Of a stretch of DNA of 64,000 nt, positions 26,415 to 36,783 are shown in pieces. Source of the stretch: Chloroflexota bacterium. Lineage in GTDB: Bacteria > Chloroflexota > Dehalococcoidia > UBA2979. The position numbers and the translations under genes are program-made. The notes beneath the pieces were generated by a model. The model saw nothing but the letters and a program-made list of their open reading frames with translations, searched no databases and was not told the DNA's origin. The stretch spans positions 1,538 through 65,537 of the forward strand of contig CANJBO010000008.1 in NCBI GenBank assembly GCA_947472995.1, given 5' to 3'. Positions within the stretch are counted from its first letter, which is position 1, and each line of letters starts with the position of its first letter.

Positions 26415-26452
26415 ATCGCGCGAATCGCGCTGCCGCACGTCGATTCGCGCGA

Positions 26453-26453
<1 letters not shown>
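26415..26453 (-). terminator. 12-bp perfect hairpin (ATCGCGCGAATC / GATTCGCGCGAT) abutting the typA stop
   Basis: Read directly. No U-tract. A competing hairpin is possible at 26411..26435. Function inferred from position only. Confidence 0.3.
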
Positions 26454-28288
<1,835 letters not shown>

Positions 28289-28476
28289 GCGGTCACGATC
28301 CTGACGTAGGGGCCCGAGGAGGCGAGAACTGGGGTCATTGTTGGGAGACGCGGGCCATGCCGGAGGTTCGACTCAAGGTCGAGGGCGCCGTGAACTCACA
28401 ATTCATGATCTCAGCGAACCGCGCCCCGCGCCAGCGGCGCCTTCTGGAGGCCCGATCGAGGCATGCGCGGAGTGCT

Positions 28477-28508
28477 GGGAAAGCAGAACAGCCGCCTCGC
28501 GGCGGCTG
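28477..28508 (-). terminator. rho-independent-type terminator after the 61-aa gene (stem CAGCCGCC / GGCGGCTG, loop of 4, then TTCTGCTTTCCC on the minus strand)
   Basis: Read directly. 8-bp GC stem followed by a T-rich run on the transcribed strand. Confidence 0.5.
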
Positions 28509-28535
28509 TCGGTGACGGAAGGCCGGAGCCGTGGG

Positions 28536-28721
28536 CTACTCGGCGGCGGGGGTGGGCTTCTTCTTGGCGGCGGGACGCGGGACCCATCCCCGGGCGGCAG
28601 CGTTGGAGAATTCCTTCTCGGCGCCGCAGTGCTTGCAGGTCCCTACGCTGGTCGGTCCACCGGGAGCCGGGAGCATCCAGTGGTGCTTCTCGCAGACCAT
28701 CACGCGCGTCTTCGTCGCCAT
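28536..28721 (-). CDS. small zinc-ribbon-like protein (61 aa) with Lys/Pro-rich tail
   Basis: MATKTRVMVCEKHHWMLPAPGGPTSVGTCKHCGAEKEF...PAAKKKPTPAAE. Strong GGGGGGG Shine-Dalgarno-like run 3 nt upstream of the ATG. Own terminator downstream. Confidence 0.5.
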   Translation of the reverse strand: MATKTRVMVCEKHHWMLPAPGGPTSVGTCKHCGAEKEFSNAAARGWVPRPAAKKKPTPAAE

Positions 28722-28846
28722 ATCCCCCCCATGGTTAGATTGGACTCTGGCGTCGGGGTATCCCCGCCCGGCCGCCTGTCGTCACCATAACAGATATTGA
28801 GAGATGTGTGACGGGTACGTGAAGGTTAGCCCGAGGAACCCCTCGG

Positions 28847-29779
28847 TCAGCCCGCCACGACGACGCTCAGCGTCCCGGCCAGGCAGCACACCGTCCCCAG
28901 CGCCACCCGTCGTGTCGGACGCTCGCCGAGGAACGCGATCGCCAGCGGCACCACCATCAACGGCGACGTGGAGTTGAGGATCACCGCACGCGCCGCACCC
29001 GCCTCGGCCACGGCGTAGATGTAGGCCAGCCCGCCGAGGGCGGTGCCCAGGATGCCCACGGCGATCACCAGCGGAAGGTCGCGGGGCTGCGGGAGGCGGT
29101 GCAGCACCTCGCCGCGCGTTGTGACCAGGAGGACGGCCGCGATCAGCACGCCGCCGGCGGGGATGCGGATCGCGCTCACCGCGATGGCGTCGAGGTCGCC
29201 TCGACCGCCGGCGATGAGCAGCGTGGAGGCCGACCACGAACCGGCGACGGCGAGCATCACGAGCAGGGTGGCGAGCGGACTCGGACGCTGCGGGCGTGAC
29301 GCGTTCGGGAGGTCCTCGATGCGCGCGGCGACGACCAGGTACGTGCCGGCGATCACCAGTGCCGCGCCGAGCACGAGGTTCACGCTGGCCGGCTCGCCGA
29401 GGATGAGCACGCCGCCCAGCGTGCTGAACGCCACCCAGAGCGCCGTGGTCGTCGGCGCCATGCGTTGCAGGCCGATGCGCGGCAGCGCGCCCACGTACAG
29501 CGTGTCGCCGATGCCGTAGTTCACGCCCGCGCTGAGCACGACGATCAGGATCGGCGCCCACGAGCCGCTCAGGATCCCCGCGACACCGCCGGTGACCACC
29601 AGCAGCGCGATCACGAACGGCGAGGCGATCAGGAAGCGCAGCCCGCTGAGCATCGCGCCGCTGTAGGTCGCGCCGAGGCGCGCGAGCGCGACGCTGGTGG
29701 TGGCCCAGCAGAGTGCGGACAGCAGTGCGGCAGCCTCGCCCACGGGACTCCTCCGCGCCCGTCGTGAGCGCAGACTCAT
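28847..29779 (-). CDS. DMT-superfamily transporter (EamA-like, 10 TM)
   Basis: 310 aa, two EamA-type halves, highly hydrophobic. Confidence 0.82.
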   Translation of the reverse strand: MSLRSRRARRSPVGEAAALLSALCWATTSVALARLGATYSGAMLSGLRFLIASPFVIALLVVTGGVAGILSGSWAPILIVVLSAGVNYGIGDTLYVGALPRIGLQRMAPTTTALWVAFSTLGGVLILGEPASVNLVLGAALVIAGTYLVVAARIEDLPNASRPQRPSPLATLLVMLAVAGSWSASTLLIAGGRGDLDAIAVSAIRIPAGGVLIAAVLLVTTRGEVLHRLPQPRDLPLVIAVGILGTALGGLAYIYAVAEAGAARAVILNSTSPLMVVPLAIAFLGERPTRRVALGTVCCLAGTLSVVVAG

Positions 29780-29846
29780 CGTCCCTGCTGCCGCCGCCGG
29801 GCGATAGCCCGCCGGTCTCAGCCCGCCGTCCGGCGCATGTCGAGGG

Positions 29847-30320
29847 CTACGCGAGCGCCGCCTCGATCTGCTCCAGGTGGTTGCCGTCGTGGCCGGGGCC
29901 GCCGCGCAGGATCATGTCCGAGACCGGGGCGTCGCCGGGGCGGAAGCCCTGCGCGAGCAGCGTCGCGAGCGTGGCGTCGTCCACGTGGTTGAGCGCCTCG
30001 ATCGCGGCGAGGTGGCCGGCGCGGATCTCGTCCAGCAGCTCCACGACGCTGGCGTCCCGGCGCTCCTCGACCTGTCCGGCGTTGATGTCGTCCACGTTCC
30101 GCATGGGCGCGACGGGCGTGCCGGCCTGCGCGGCGCGCAGGCGCTGGATCACGCGGTCGACGCCGTTGCTGCGCGCGGCAAGGTGGGAGAGCGCATCGCG
30201 GATGCGCCAATCGCCCTCCAGCAACCGGTGGTCGCCGCGCTCGATCAGCCGGTCGCGGATGGGATCGATCCGGGCGTCGATCGTCCGGATCGCCTCGATA
30301 ATGTCGTCTCGCGTCGTCAT
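29847..30320 (-). CDS. DinB-family / mycothiol-maleylpyruvate-isomerase-N-like four-helix-bundle protein
   Basis: Internal ATG of the 281-aa ORF: MTTRDDIIEAIRTIDARIDP...IRDALSHLAA...GHDGNHLEQIEAALA (His triad pattern). GAGGGGG upstream. Confidence 0.62.
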   Translation of the reverse strand: MTTRDDIIEAIRTIDARIDPIRDRLIERGDHRLLEGDWRIRDALSHLAARSNGVDRVIQRLRAAQAGTPVAPMRNVDDINAGQVEERRDASVVELLDEIRAGHLAAIEALNHVDDATLATLLAQGFRPGDAPVSDMILRGGPGHDGNHLEQIEAALA

Positions 30321-30739
30321 GGCAGCCCCCTCGCTGTGGGCGCGGATGATAGCGCACACCCGGGCCCCGTCACGGTCGCGCACGTTGCCATCCCGGGATC
30401 GGAGGCGGCGGCACGACGCGCTAGGGTCGTCGTCCGATGGACGGGCGAGGACAGGACAGCGATGGCACAGCAGACGACGGGCATGACGGGAACGGGCGCA
30501 CCTGAGGGCATGGGCGACCTGGCTGGCGACACGAGCGCCGCCTCGACGGTGCGAGGGCTGCTGGCGGGGGGGCATCATCGCGGCGTTCCTCGTGGGGCAC
30601 CTCGGCGGGGCGCTGATGCTCCTGGCGCACGGGTCGCTGGAGGCGGGGCTCGCGCTCCTCGGCGCGCTCGCGCTCGAGGCGGGGACGGTCACGGGGTTCT
30701 ACTTCGGCGTGCGCCGCGCGAGCGCGTGACGGGCGGGCG

Positions 30740-31438
30740 TCAGAGCGCCGGGAGGCGGGCGGCGGCCTCCCGGATGCGGGCACGCCGCCGCGCGTGGTCC
30801 GGGATGAGCGCCGCGACCGCGGCCCAGAAGCGCGGGCCGTGGTTCGCCTCCTCGAGGTGGCATAGCTCGTGCACCACGACATAATCCAACAGCGCAGGCT
30901 CCAGCATGATCAGCCGCCAGTTGAAGCGCAGGGTGCCGTCCGGCGAGCAGGAGCCCCAGCGGTGCCGCTGGTTCCGCACCAGCACCTGTCGAGGCGCGCG
31001 ACCCGTGTGCACCACCCAGCGCGCGACGCTCGCCTCGATCGCCTCCTGCGCGCGGGCGACGTACCAGCGGCCGAGCGCCAGCTCGATGGCGCGCGCGCGA
31101 CGGTCGCCGTCGTAGCGGTGGGGCACCGCGACCTGCAGGTCGAAGAGCGTGCGCTCGATCGCGACGCGCCGCCCGCCGGTGGTCACCAGCAACGGCAGCG
31201 CGAGGCCCTCGAACGGCATCGTCTCGCCGGTGGCGTAGGTCAGCGGGGGGATCGTCGCCGGGCGGTGTCGCACGATCCACGGCGCGCGGCCGCGCACGAA
31301 GTCCTCGATCTCGCGACGGGGCGTGCGCATCGGTGCGGCGACGTGGACGCCGTGCCCGTCCACCGAGAGTTCGAGGGTGCGCCGGCGTCGTGCGGAGCGC
31401 ACGACCTCGTACTCGATCGTCGCACCGGCGTGCTCCAC
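30740..31438 (-). CDS. YgjP-like (DUF45, M48-type) zinc metallopeptidase
   Basis: ...RWGSCSPDGTLRFNWRLIMLEPALLDYVVVHELCHLEEANHGPRFW. GTG 31438 is preceded by GGAG; the longer ATG 31570 version adds an Arg-rich, non-coding-looking N-terminus. Confidence 0.78.
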   Translation of the reverse strand: MEHAGATIEYEVVRSARRRRTLELSVDGHGVHVAAPMRTPRREIEDFVRGRAPWIVRHRPATIPPLTYATGETMPFEGLALPLLVTTGGRRVAIERTLFDLQVAVPHRYDGDRRARAIELALGRWYVARAQEAIEASVARWVVHTGRAPRQVLVRNQRHRWGSCSPDGTLRFNWRLIMLEPALLDYVVVHELCHLEEANHGPRFWAAVAALIPDHARRRARIREAAARLPAL

Positions 31439-31502
31439 GCTGCCGCGCTCCGGCGCCGTCGTCGCGCTGTCTCCTCGGGCCACGAGTCGCGCTCCTCTCG
31501 AC

Positions 31503-32021
31503 CTACGCCGAGGCGCCGGGCTGGTCCGCGTCCGTCGGAGCCATCGACGCGACACGCTCCTCGAGCGCACGCACGCGGGCGCGCTCGTCGCGCTCGTGCT
31601 GGAACCGCTCGGTGATGTCGCGCGCCGTCGCGATCACGGCGACGATCGCGCCGTCCTGCCCGATCATCCCGAACGACAGCTCCACGTAGATCGTGGTGCC
31701 GTCCGCGCGGATCGAGCGCGTCGGCAGCGACTGGCCCTCGTACTTCGTGCGCCCGTCGGCGAGCGCGCGGTCGTAGCCGCGCCAGTGCGCCTCGCGCAGC
31801 CGCTCCGGGATGATCAGGTCGAGGCTCTGGCCGATCGCGGCGCCCGCGTCGTGACCGAAGATGCGCGTCGCCGCCGCATTCCACGTGACGATGACACCCT
31901 CGAGGTTCGCGACGATCACCGCGTCCGGCGACTGTTCGAGGACAGCCTCGGCGGGCAGGGGGCGCACGTTCGCCAGATCGTCGGGCACCTGCGCCGTCCT
32001 CTCGCCAGCCTCGACCGGCAC
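31503..32021 (-). CDS. PAS domain-containing protein (start uncertain: GTG 31988 or 32021)
   Basis: C-terminal about 160 codons of the 258-aa ORF: ...LEQSPDAVIVANLEGVIVTWNAAATRIFGHDAGAAIGQSLDLIIPERLREAHW...DGTTIYVELSFG...ARDITERF. Confidence 0.68.
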   Translation of the reverse strand: MPVEAGERTAQVPDDLANVRPLPAEAVLEQSPDAVIVANLEGVIVTWNAAATRIFGHDAGAAIGQSLDLIIPERLREAHWRGYDRALADGRTKYEGQSLPTRSIRADGTTIYVELSFGMIGQDGAIVAVIATARDITERFQHERDERARVRALEERVASMAPTDADQPGASA

Positions 32022-32196
32022 ATGCAGCCTACGCCCGGCGCGCCGTGCGGGCGCAAGAACTCCGTCCTCTGCTCCCGCCGAGCGCGGGGTTTCCCTGCCG
32101 CGGCGGACGCGAGGCGCGGCACGCGCTGCCGATGATCCCGGTGTGCAGGGGCCGCATGGCTCGCGCGCGGTGCGATGATCCGGGCAGGAGCGAACG

Positions 32197-32577
32197 ATGC
32201 AGGAGCGCGAGACGGTGCAGGCACCCGGGCCGAGGCTCCCGCGCTGGTCCACGCCGACGCTCGGCATCGTCGGCAGCACGTTCTTCGTGAGCGGGCTGTT
32301 CGTGCTGGCGGCTGCGGGGCACGCGTATCCCTGGGCGACCTACCTCGTCATCCTCGCCGTGGCGGCGGCGCTCGCCGTCCCGCTGTTCGGCATCACGCTC
32401 GTCGTCGCGGGGACCGAGGCGCTGCTGGGGCGCGCATGGGCGAACGGCCTGCGTCGCCTCGAGCCCGTCGAGCGCGGCCTCGCCGCGACCTCCAACCGGG
32501 CGCTCCGCTACGCCTCGATCCTCTGGCTGGCCAACGGCGCGGCGATGTGGTTCGCGACGCTCCTCGCCCAGTTCTAG
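32197..32577 (+). CDS. hypothetical membrane protein (3 TM)
   Basis: 126 aa with clear TM helices. No family recognised. Confidence 0.5.
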   Translation: MQERETVQAPGPRLPRWSTPTLGIVGSTFFVSGLFVLAAAGHAYPWATYLVILAVAAALAVPLFGITLVVAGTEALLGRAWANGLRRLEPVERGLAATSNRALRYASILWLANGAAMWFATLLAQF

Positions 32578-32746
32578 CGCCCGCACCCCGGGCAATCCTC
32601 CGCGCCGCCTCGCACCGATGAACGAACCGCCTCGCGCGTTCGTTGTCATCGTGCAGACATCCATATCGAACGTATGATGTTTGTGGCGCAGTAATCCCAC
32701 CTACTGGCCGGCAGATAGCATCTCGTCGTCCCAGGAGGCGTGGGTA

Positions 32747-34816
32747 ATGGTCGATTCCGACATGGATGTCTCGGATCTGATCGGTCGGCGTCCCCTGTGG
32801 CGCCGGTGGCCGCTGTTGCTCGGGGTCGTCGCCGTTGGCGCGATCATCGGCGGTGGGTACTACGCCGTCGCCGGTCGAAAGACGACCGCCGCGCCCGCGA
32901 CGACGCAAGAGGTGAAGGTCACCGTCGGCTCGCTCTCCACGACGCTGAACGCCTCCGGCACCGCCGCCTCCGAGCAGTCCACCCCCCTCACGTTCTCCGC
33001 CGGCGGCATGGTGACCGAGGTCCTCGTGCGGCTGGGCGACACCGTCACGGCCGGGCAGCCGCTGGTGCGCGTGGACGCGCGCGACGCCCGCCGCAAGCTG
33101 GAGACCGCGCAGTCGAACGTGGTGCAGGCGCAGCTGCGGCTCGACCTGCTGCTGAACCCGAGCGCCGTCGATCGTGCCAGCACGCAGCAGTCGCTGGTCA
33201 GCGCGCGCACCCAGCTCGAGTCGGCACAGGCCGCGGTCGCCAACCTCGATCAGCCGCCGACGGCGAGTGACCTCACGTCTGCGCAGAGCGCATTGGCCTC
33301 GGCGCAGGTCGGTGTGCAGTCCGCGCAGAACAGCGTCGACAACAGCCGCGCGAGTCTCCAGCAGGCGCAGAACAACTACTGCAGCCTGTCGCTGGAGACG
33401 ACGGTCGGCGTCTGCACGCCGGACAAGCTGCCGATCTCACCGGACCTGATCGCGATCTTGCAGGCCTCGATCGCACGAGGTGCCTCGGTGCCGTCGCAGA
33501 ACCTGATCTCCGCGGTCACGCCGCTGATCTCCGCGAACTCCTCGTATGTGAACGCGCTCGCCGGGCGCGAGACCGCCGCGCTCGCGGTGGTTGTCGCGCG
33601 GACGAAGCTCGATGCGCTCAACGAGCCGCCGACCGCCGACGAGCGTCGCGTCGCCTCGGCCGCGCTCCAGAACGCACAGGCGGCCTACGACGCCACGCTG
33701 GCGAAGGCGGCGGTGCTGACGCAGCCGAGCGCCGTCGACGTCGGGTTGCAGCAGCAGACCGTCCGCAGCGCGGAGATCGCGCGCGACCAGGCGCAGGACG
33801 CGCTGGACGACTCCACGATCACCGCGCCGTTCGCCGGGAAGATCGGATCGGTCGCCGCGATCGTCGGGCAGCGCATCGGCGGCGGCACGGCCGCGGTGGT
33901 GCTCGCGAACCCCGACGCGATCCGGCTGGACCTCACGATCGCCGAAGCGGACCTCGTGAACGTGAAGGCGGGCATGCTCGGCCTCGCGCGCTTCGACTCG
34001 CTGCCGCGCAACGCCTACGTCGTGAAGATCATCGGCGTCAGCAGCGTGCCCACCGTCACGCAGGGCGTCGTCACGTACCCCGTGCAGGCCGCGATCCTGC
34101 GAGGCAACGCGCTCAACGACATCCGTGACCAGCTGCCCTCGCTCGCGTCGGCGCTCACCAGTGGCGCGTCGGGCGCGCAGTTTGGCGCACTCCTCGGCAC
34201 CGGGGGCGGGCAGGGCCGCCCGGCCGGCGCCAGCGGTGCGACCGGCGCGACCGGCGCTGGCGGGCAGCGTGGACCGGGTACCGGCGCTGCCGGCGCGAGT
34301 GGCGCCTCGGGCGCGACCGGCGCCGCCGGCGGCAGTGGCGCGCGAGGTGCGAGCGGTGCCACGGGCGCAGGCGGGCCGAGCGGCGCGACTGGGGCCGCGG
34401 GTGCGTCCGGTGCCACGGGAGCGAGCGGCGGCACGGGCGCTCGAGGCGCGGGCGGGGGTGCCGGCATCCAGGCGCTGCTCAACCCGCCGCTGCCGACGCC
34501 CGGCATGAACGCGTCGGTGACGCTCCTCGTCAGCGTCGTGGAGAACCAGCTGCTCGTCCCCACCGGCGCGGTGCGTCGCCAGGGCAACCAGTCCTTCGTC
34601 TACACCCCCGCCGAGGCGGGCGGCCAGCCGGTGCAGAAGCCAGTACAGACCGGTGGCTCCGACGGCACGAACACGGCGATCGTGAACGGCCTCGTCGAGG
34701 GCGACACGGTGGTCCTCGGCGCGATCGGGACGGCGACGCCGACGGCTGCGGCCCCCGGCAAGGCGCCGGCGGGCGCACCGGGCGGTGGCGGCGGCGGCGT
34801 CGGAGGCATCCGGTGA
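32747..34816 (+). CDS. HlyD/MacA-type periplasmic adaptor (membrane fusion protein), unusually long (689 aa) with very long coiled-coil hairpin and Gly-X-Y insert
   Basis: ATG preceded by AGGAGG. N-terminal TM, lipoyl-like GMVTEVLVRLGDTVTAGQPLVRVD, about 270-aa Gln/Ala-rich hairpin, ITAPFAGKIGSV, beta-barrel. Followed by ABC ATPase and FtsX permease. Confidence 0.85.
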   Translation: MVDSDMDVSDLIGRRPLWRRWPLLLGVVAVGAIIGGGYYAVAGRKTTAAPATTQEVKVTVGSLSTTLNASGTAASEQSTPLTFSAGGMVTEVLVRLGDTVTAGQPLVRVDARDARRKLETAQSNVVQAQLRLDLLLNPSAVDRASTQQSLVSARTQLESAQAAVANLDQPPTASDLTSAQSALASAQVGVQSAQNSVDNSRASLQQAQNNYCSLSLETTVGVCTPDKLPISPDLIAILQASIARGASVPSQNLISAVTPLISANSSYVNALAGRETAALAVVVARTKLDALNEPPTADERRVASAALQNAQAAYDATLAKAAVLTQPSAVDVGLQQQTVRSAEIARDQAQDALDDSTITAPFAGKIGSVAAIVGQRIGGGTAAVVLANPDAIRLDLTIAEADLVNVKAGMLGLARFDSLPRNAYVVKIIGVSSVPTVTQGVVTYPVQAAILRGNALNDIRDQLPSLASALTSGASGAQFGALLGTGGGQGRPAGASGATGATGAGGQRGPGTGAAGASGASGATGAAGGSGARGASGATGAGGPSGATGAAGASGATGASGGTGARGAGGGAGIQALLNPPLPTPGMNASVTLLVSVVENQLLVPTGAVRRQGNQSFVYTPAEAGGQPVQKPVQTGGSDGTNTAIVNGLVEGDTVVLGAIGTATPTAAAPGKAPAGAPGGGGGGVGGIR
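34196..34465 (+). repeat. in-frame collagen-like Gly-X-Y triplet repeat (about 26 triplets) inside the adaptor gene
   Basis: GASGATGATGAGGQRGPG-T-GAAGASGASGATGAAGGSGARGASGATGAGGPSGATGAAGASGATGASGGTGARGAGGGAG. DNA shows 9-nt ggc-gcg-acc-type periodicity. Confidence 0.85.
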
Positions 34817-35538
34817 TCGAACTGCGTCAGGTCGCCAAGACCTACGTCACCGGTGCCGGCCCCGTGCACGCGCTGCGCGGCACCGACCTGCGCATCGAGC
34901 GCGGTGAGTTCGTCGCGATCATGGGCCAGTCGGGCTCCGGCAAGAGCACGATGATGAACATCCTCGGCCTGCTCGACCGGCCGTCCGGCGGGAAGTACCT
35001 CCTCGAGGGCAACGACGTCAGCAACCTGGACGCCGACGCGCGTGCGCGGCTGCGCGGGCGCGAGTTCGGCTTCGTGTTCCAGTCGTACAACCTGATCCCG
35101 CGCCTCAGCGCAATCGAGCAGGTCGAGCTGCCCCTCGTCTACCAGGGCGCGAAGGACCGGCGGAAGCGCGCCGCGGCGGCCCTCGATCGAGTCGGGCTGA
35201 ACGCGTCGTTCCACAAGCGCGGCCCCACGCAGCTCTCGGGCGGGCAGCAGCAGCGCGTCGCGATCGCGCGGTCGATCGTCGTCGAGCCGCGCGTCATGCT
35301 TGCCGACGAGCCGACCGGCGCCCTGGACACCGCGACCAGCGCCGAGGTGATGGCGCTCTTCCGCGAGCTGGTCGAGGTGCAGGGCATCACGGTGATCATC
35401 GTGACGCACGAGCCGGACATCGCCGCGCTGACGGACCGCGTCGTGCGCATGGTGGACGGCCGCATCGTGGAGGACGCGAACCCCGCGGGCCTGCAGACCG
35501 GCCCTCTTCCGACGGGCCAGGGCGGAGCGGTCTCATGA
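34813..35538 (+). CDS. ABC transporter ATP-binding protein (MacB/LolD/FtsE group)
   Basis: GQSGSGKST Walker A, LSGGQQQRVAIAR signature, MLADEPTGALD Walker B. 4-nt overlap with the adaptor gene. Confidence 0.93.
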   Translation: MIELRQVAKTYVTGAGPVHALRGTDLRIERGEFVAIMGQSGSGKSTMMNILGLLDRPSGGKYLLEGNDVSNLDADARARLRGREFGFVFQSYNLIPRLSAIEQVELPLVYQGAKDRRKRAAAALDRVGLNASFHKRGPTQLSGGQQQRVAIARSIVVEPRVMLADEPTGALDTATSAEVMALFRELVEVQGITVIIVTHEPDIAALTDRVVRMVDGRIVEDANPAGLQTGPLPTGQGGAVS

Positions 35539-36779
35539 AGATCACGGACGCCTTCACGATCGCGATCCGCGCGATCCTCGGCAACCGGCTGCGGAGCATC
35601 CTCACGACGCTCGGCCTCGTCATCGGCGTGATGTCGGTCATCGTGCTGATCGCGGTCGGACAGGGCGCGCAGGTGGGCGTCGCGTCGAAGATCCGCGGTC
35701 TCGGCACCGACCTCATGTTCGTGCAGCCGGGGCAGTCGAACGACCGCACCACGGGCGCGCGCGCGCAGGCCGTGTCGCTCACGAAGTCCGACTCCGACGC
35801 GCTGGTGGCCGCCTCGATCCCCGGGGTCATCGGCATCGCGCCGCAGATCTCGTTCAACGCACAGCTGATCGCCGGCTCCAACAACAGTCGAGGCCCGATC
35901 ATCGGCACGACGCCGGACTACGTGACCGTGCGCTCCTCGCCGGTCGCGGAGGGCGACTTCATCACGGACTCGGACGTCGAACGGCGCGCGCTGTCCGTCG
36001 TCCTCGGCTCCACGCTCGCGACGACGCTGTTCCCGAACGGCGACGCGCTGGGCCAGCAGGTGCGCCTCGCGATCGGCGGCCCGCTGGGCTTCAACTTCCG
36101 CGTCATCGGCGTCATGGCGCCTCGAGGCGGCGTGACCGACCAGGACCTGCAGGCGTTCGTGCCGGTGACGACGATGCAGAGCCGCCTGCCGTTCACCCGC
36201 AACGCGTCGGGCGAGATCTCGGTGTCGCAGATCAGCATCCAGACGACGCCGAAGGCCGACCAGGAGGCCGTGAAGGCCGATATCACCAACCTGCTCGTCT
36301 CGCGGCACGCCGTCGCGACGCCCGACTTCGTCGTGCAGAGCCAGAACGATCTCCTCGGCGCGGCGTCCGAGGTCAGCGCCACGCTGTCGATCCTCCTCGG
36401 CAGCGTCGCGGGCATCTCGCTGCTCGTGGGGGGCATCGGCGTGATGAACATCATGCTGGTGTCGGTCACGGAGCGGACGCGCGAGATCGGCATCCGGCGC
36501 GCCGTTGGCGCGCAGAGCCGCGACATCGTCATGCAGTTCGTGACGGAGGCGCTCGCGCTGAGCATCGGCGGCGGGCTACTCGGCATCGGGCTCGGCGTGG
36601 GCATCGCGATGGGGCTCAACGGGCGGCAGGTGGCGGGACAGGCGATGACGACGCTGATCCAGCCGTGGAGCATCATCGTCGCGTTCGCCGTCGCCGCCGG
36701 CGTCGGGCTGGCGAGCGGCTCGTACCCCGCGTTCCGCGCCACCGCGATCGACCCGATCGTCGCGCTGCGGAACGAGTAG
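35535..36779 (+). CDS. ABC transporter permease (MacB-type FtsX fold with periplasmic domain)
   Basis: 414 aa. N-terminal TM, large extracytoplasmic domain, C-terminal FtsX 3-TM bundle ...GGIGVMNIMLVSVTERTREIGIRRAVGA. 4-nt overlap with the ATPase gene. Confidence 0.9.
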   Translation: MKITDAFTIAIRAILGNRLRSILTTLGLVIGVMSVIVLIAVGQGAQVGVASKIRGLGTDLMFVQPGQSNDRTTGARAQAVSLTKSDSDALVAASIPGVIGIAPQISFNAQLIAGSNNSRGPIIGTTPDYVTVRSSPVAEGDFITDSDVERRALSVVLGSTLATTLFPNGDALGQQVRLAIGGPLGFNFRVIGVMAPRGGVTDQDLQAFVPVTTMQSRLPFTRNASGEISVSQISIQTTPKADQEAVKADITNLLVSRHAVATPDFVVQSQNDLLGAASEVSATLSILLGSVAGISLLVGGIGVMNIMLVSVTERTREIGIRRAVGAQSRDIVMQFVTEALALSIGGGLLGIGLGVGIAMGLNGRQVAGQAMTTLIQPWSIIVAFAVAAGVGLASGSYPAFRATAIDPIVALRNE

Positions 36780-36783
36780 CGGC

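Noticed and set aside
29877-30884. 335-aa plus-strand ORF starting upstream of the G7 tract
   Set aside because: Most of it is antisense to the DinB and YgjP genes and is Arg/Ala-rich. Only the short segment 30463-30729 is discussed, as a possible frameshifted small membrane protein.
32643-32678. Promoter for the macA-like operon (TATGAT at 32673-32678; TTGTCA at 32643-32648)
   Set aside because: The spacing between the two hexamers is 24 nt, and no acceptable -35 lies at 16-18 nt. It was left out of the feature list.
34015-34587. 190-aa Pro/Ala-rich minus-strand ORF
   Set aside because: It is the antisense reading of the Gly-X-Y repeat in the adaptor gene (GGC/GCC-rich DNA reads as Pro/Ala on the other strand).
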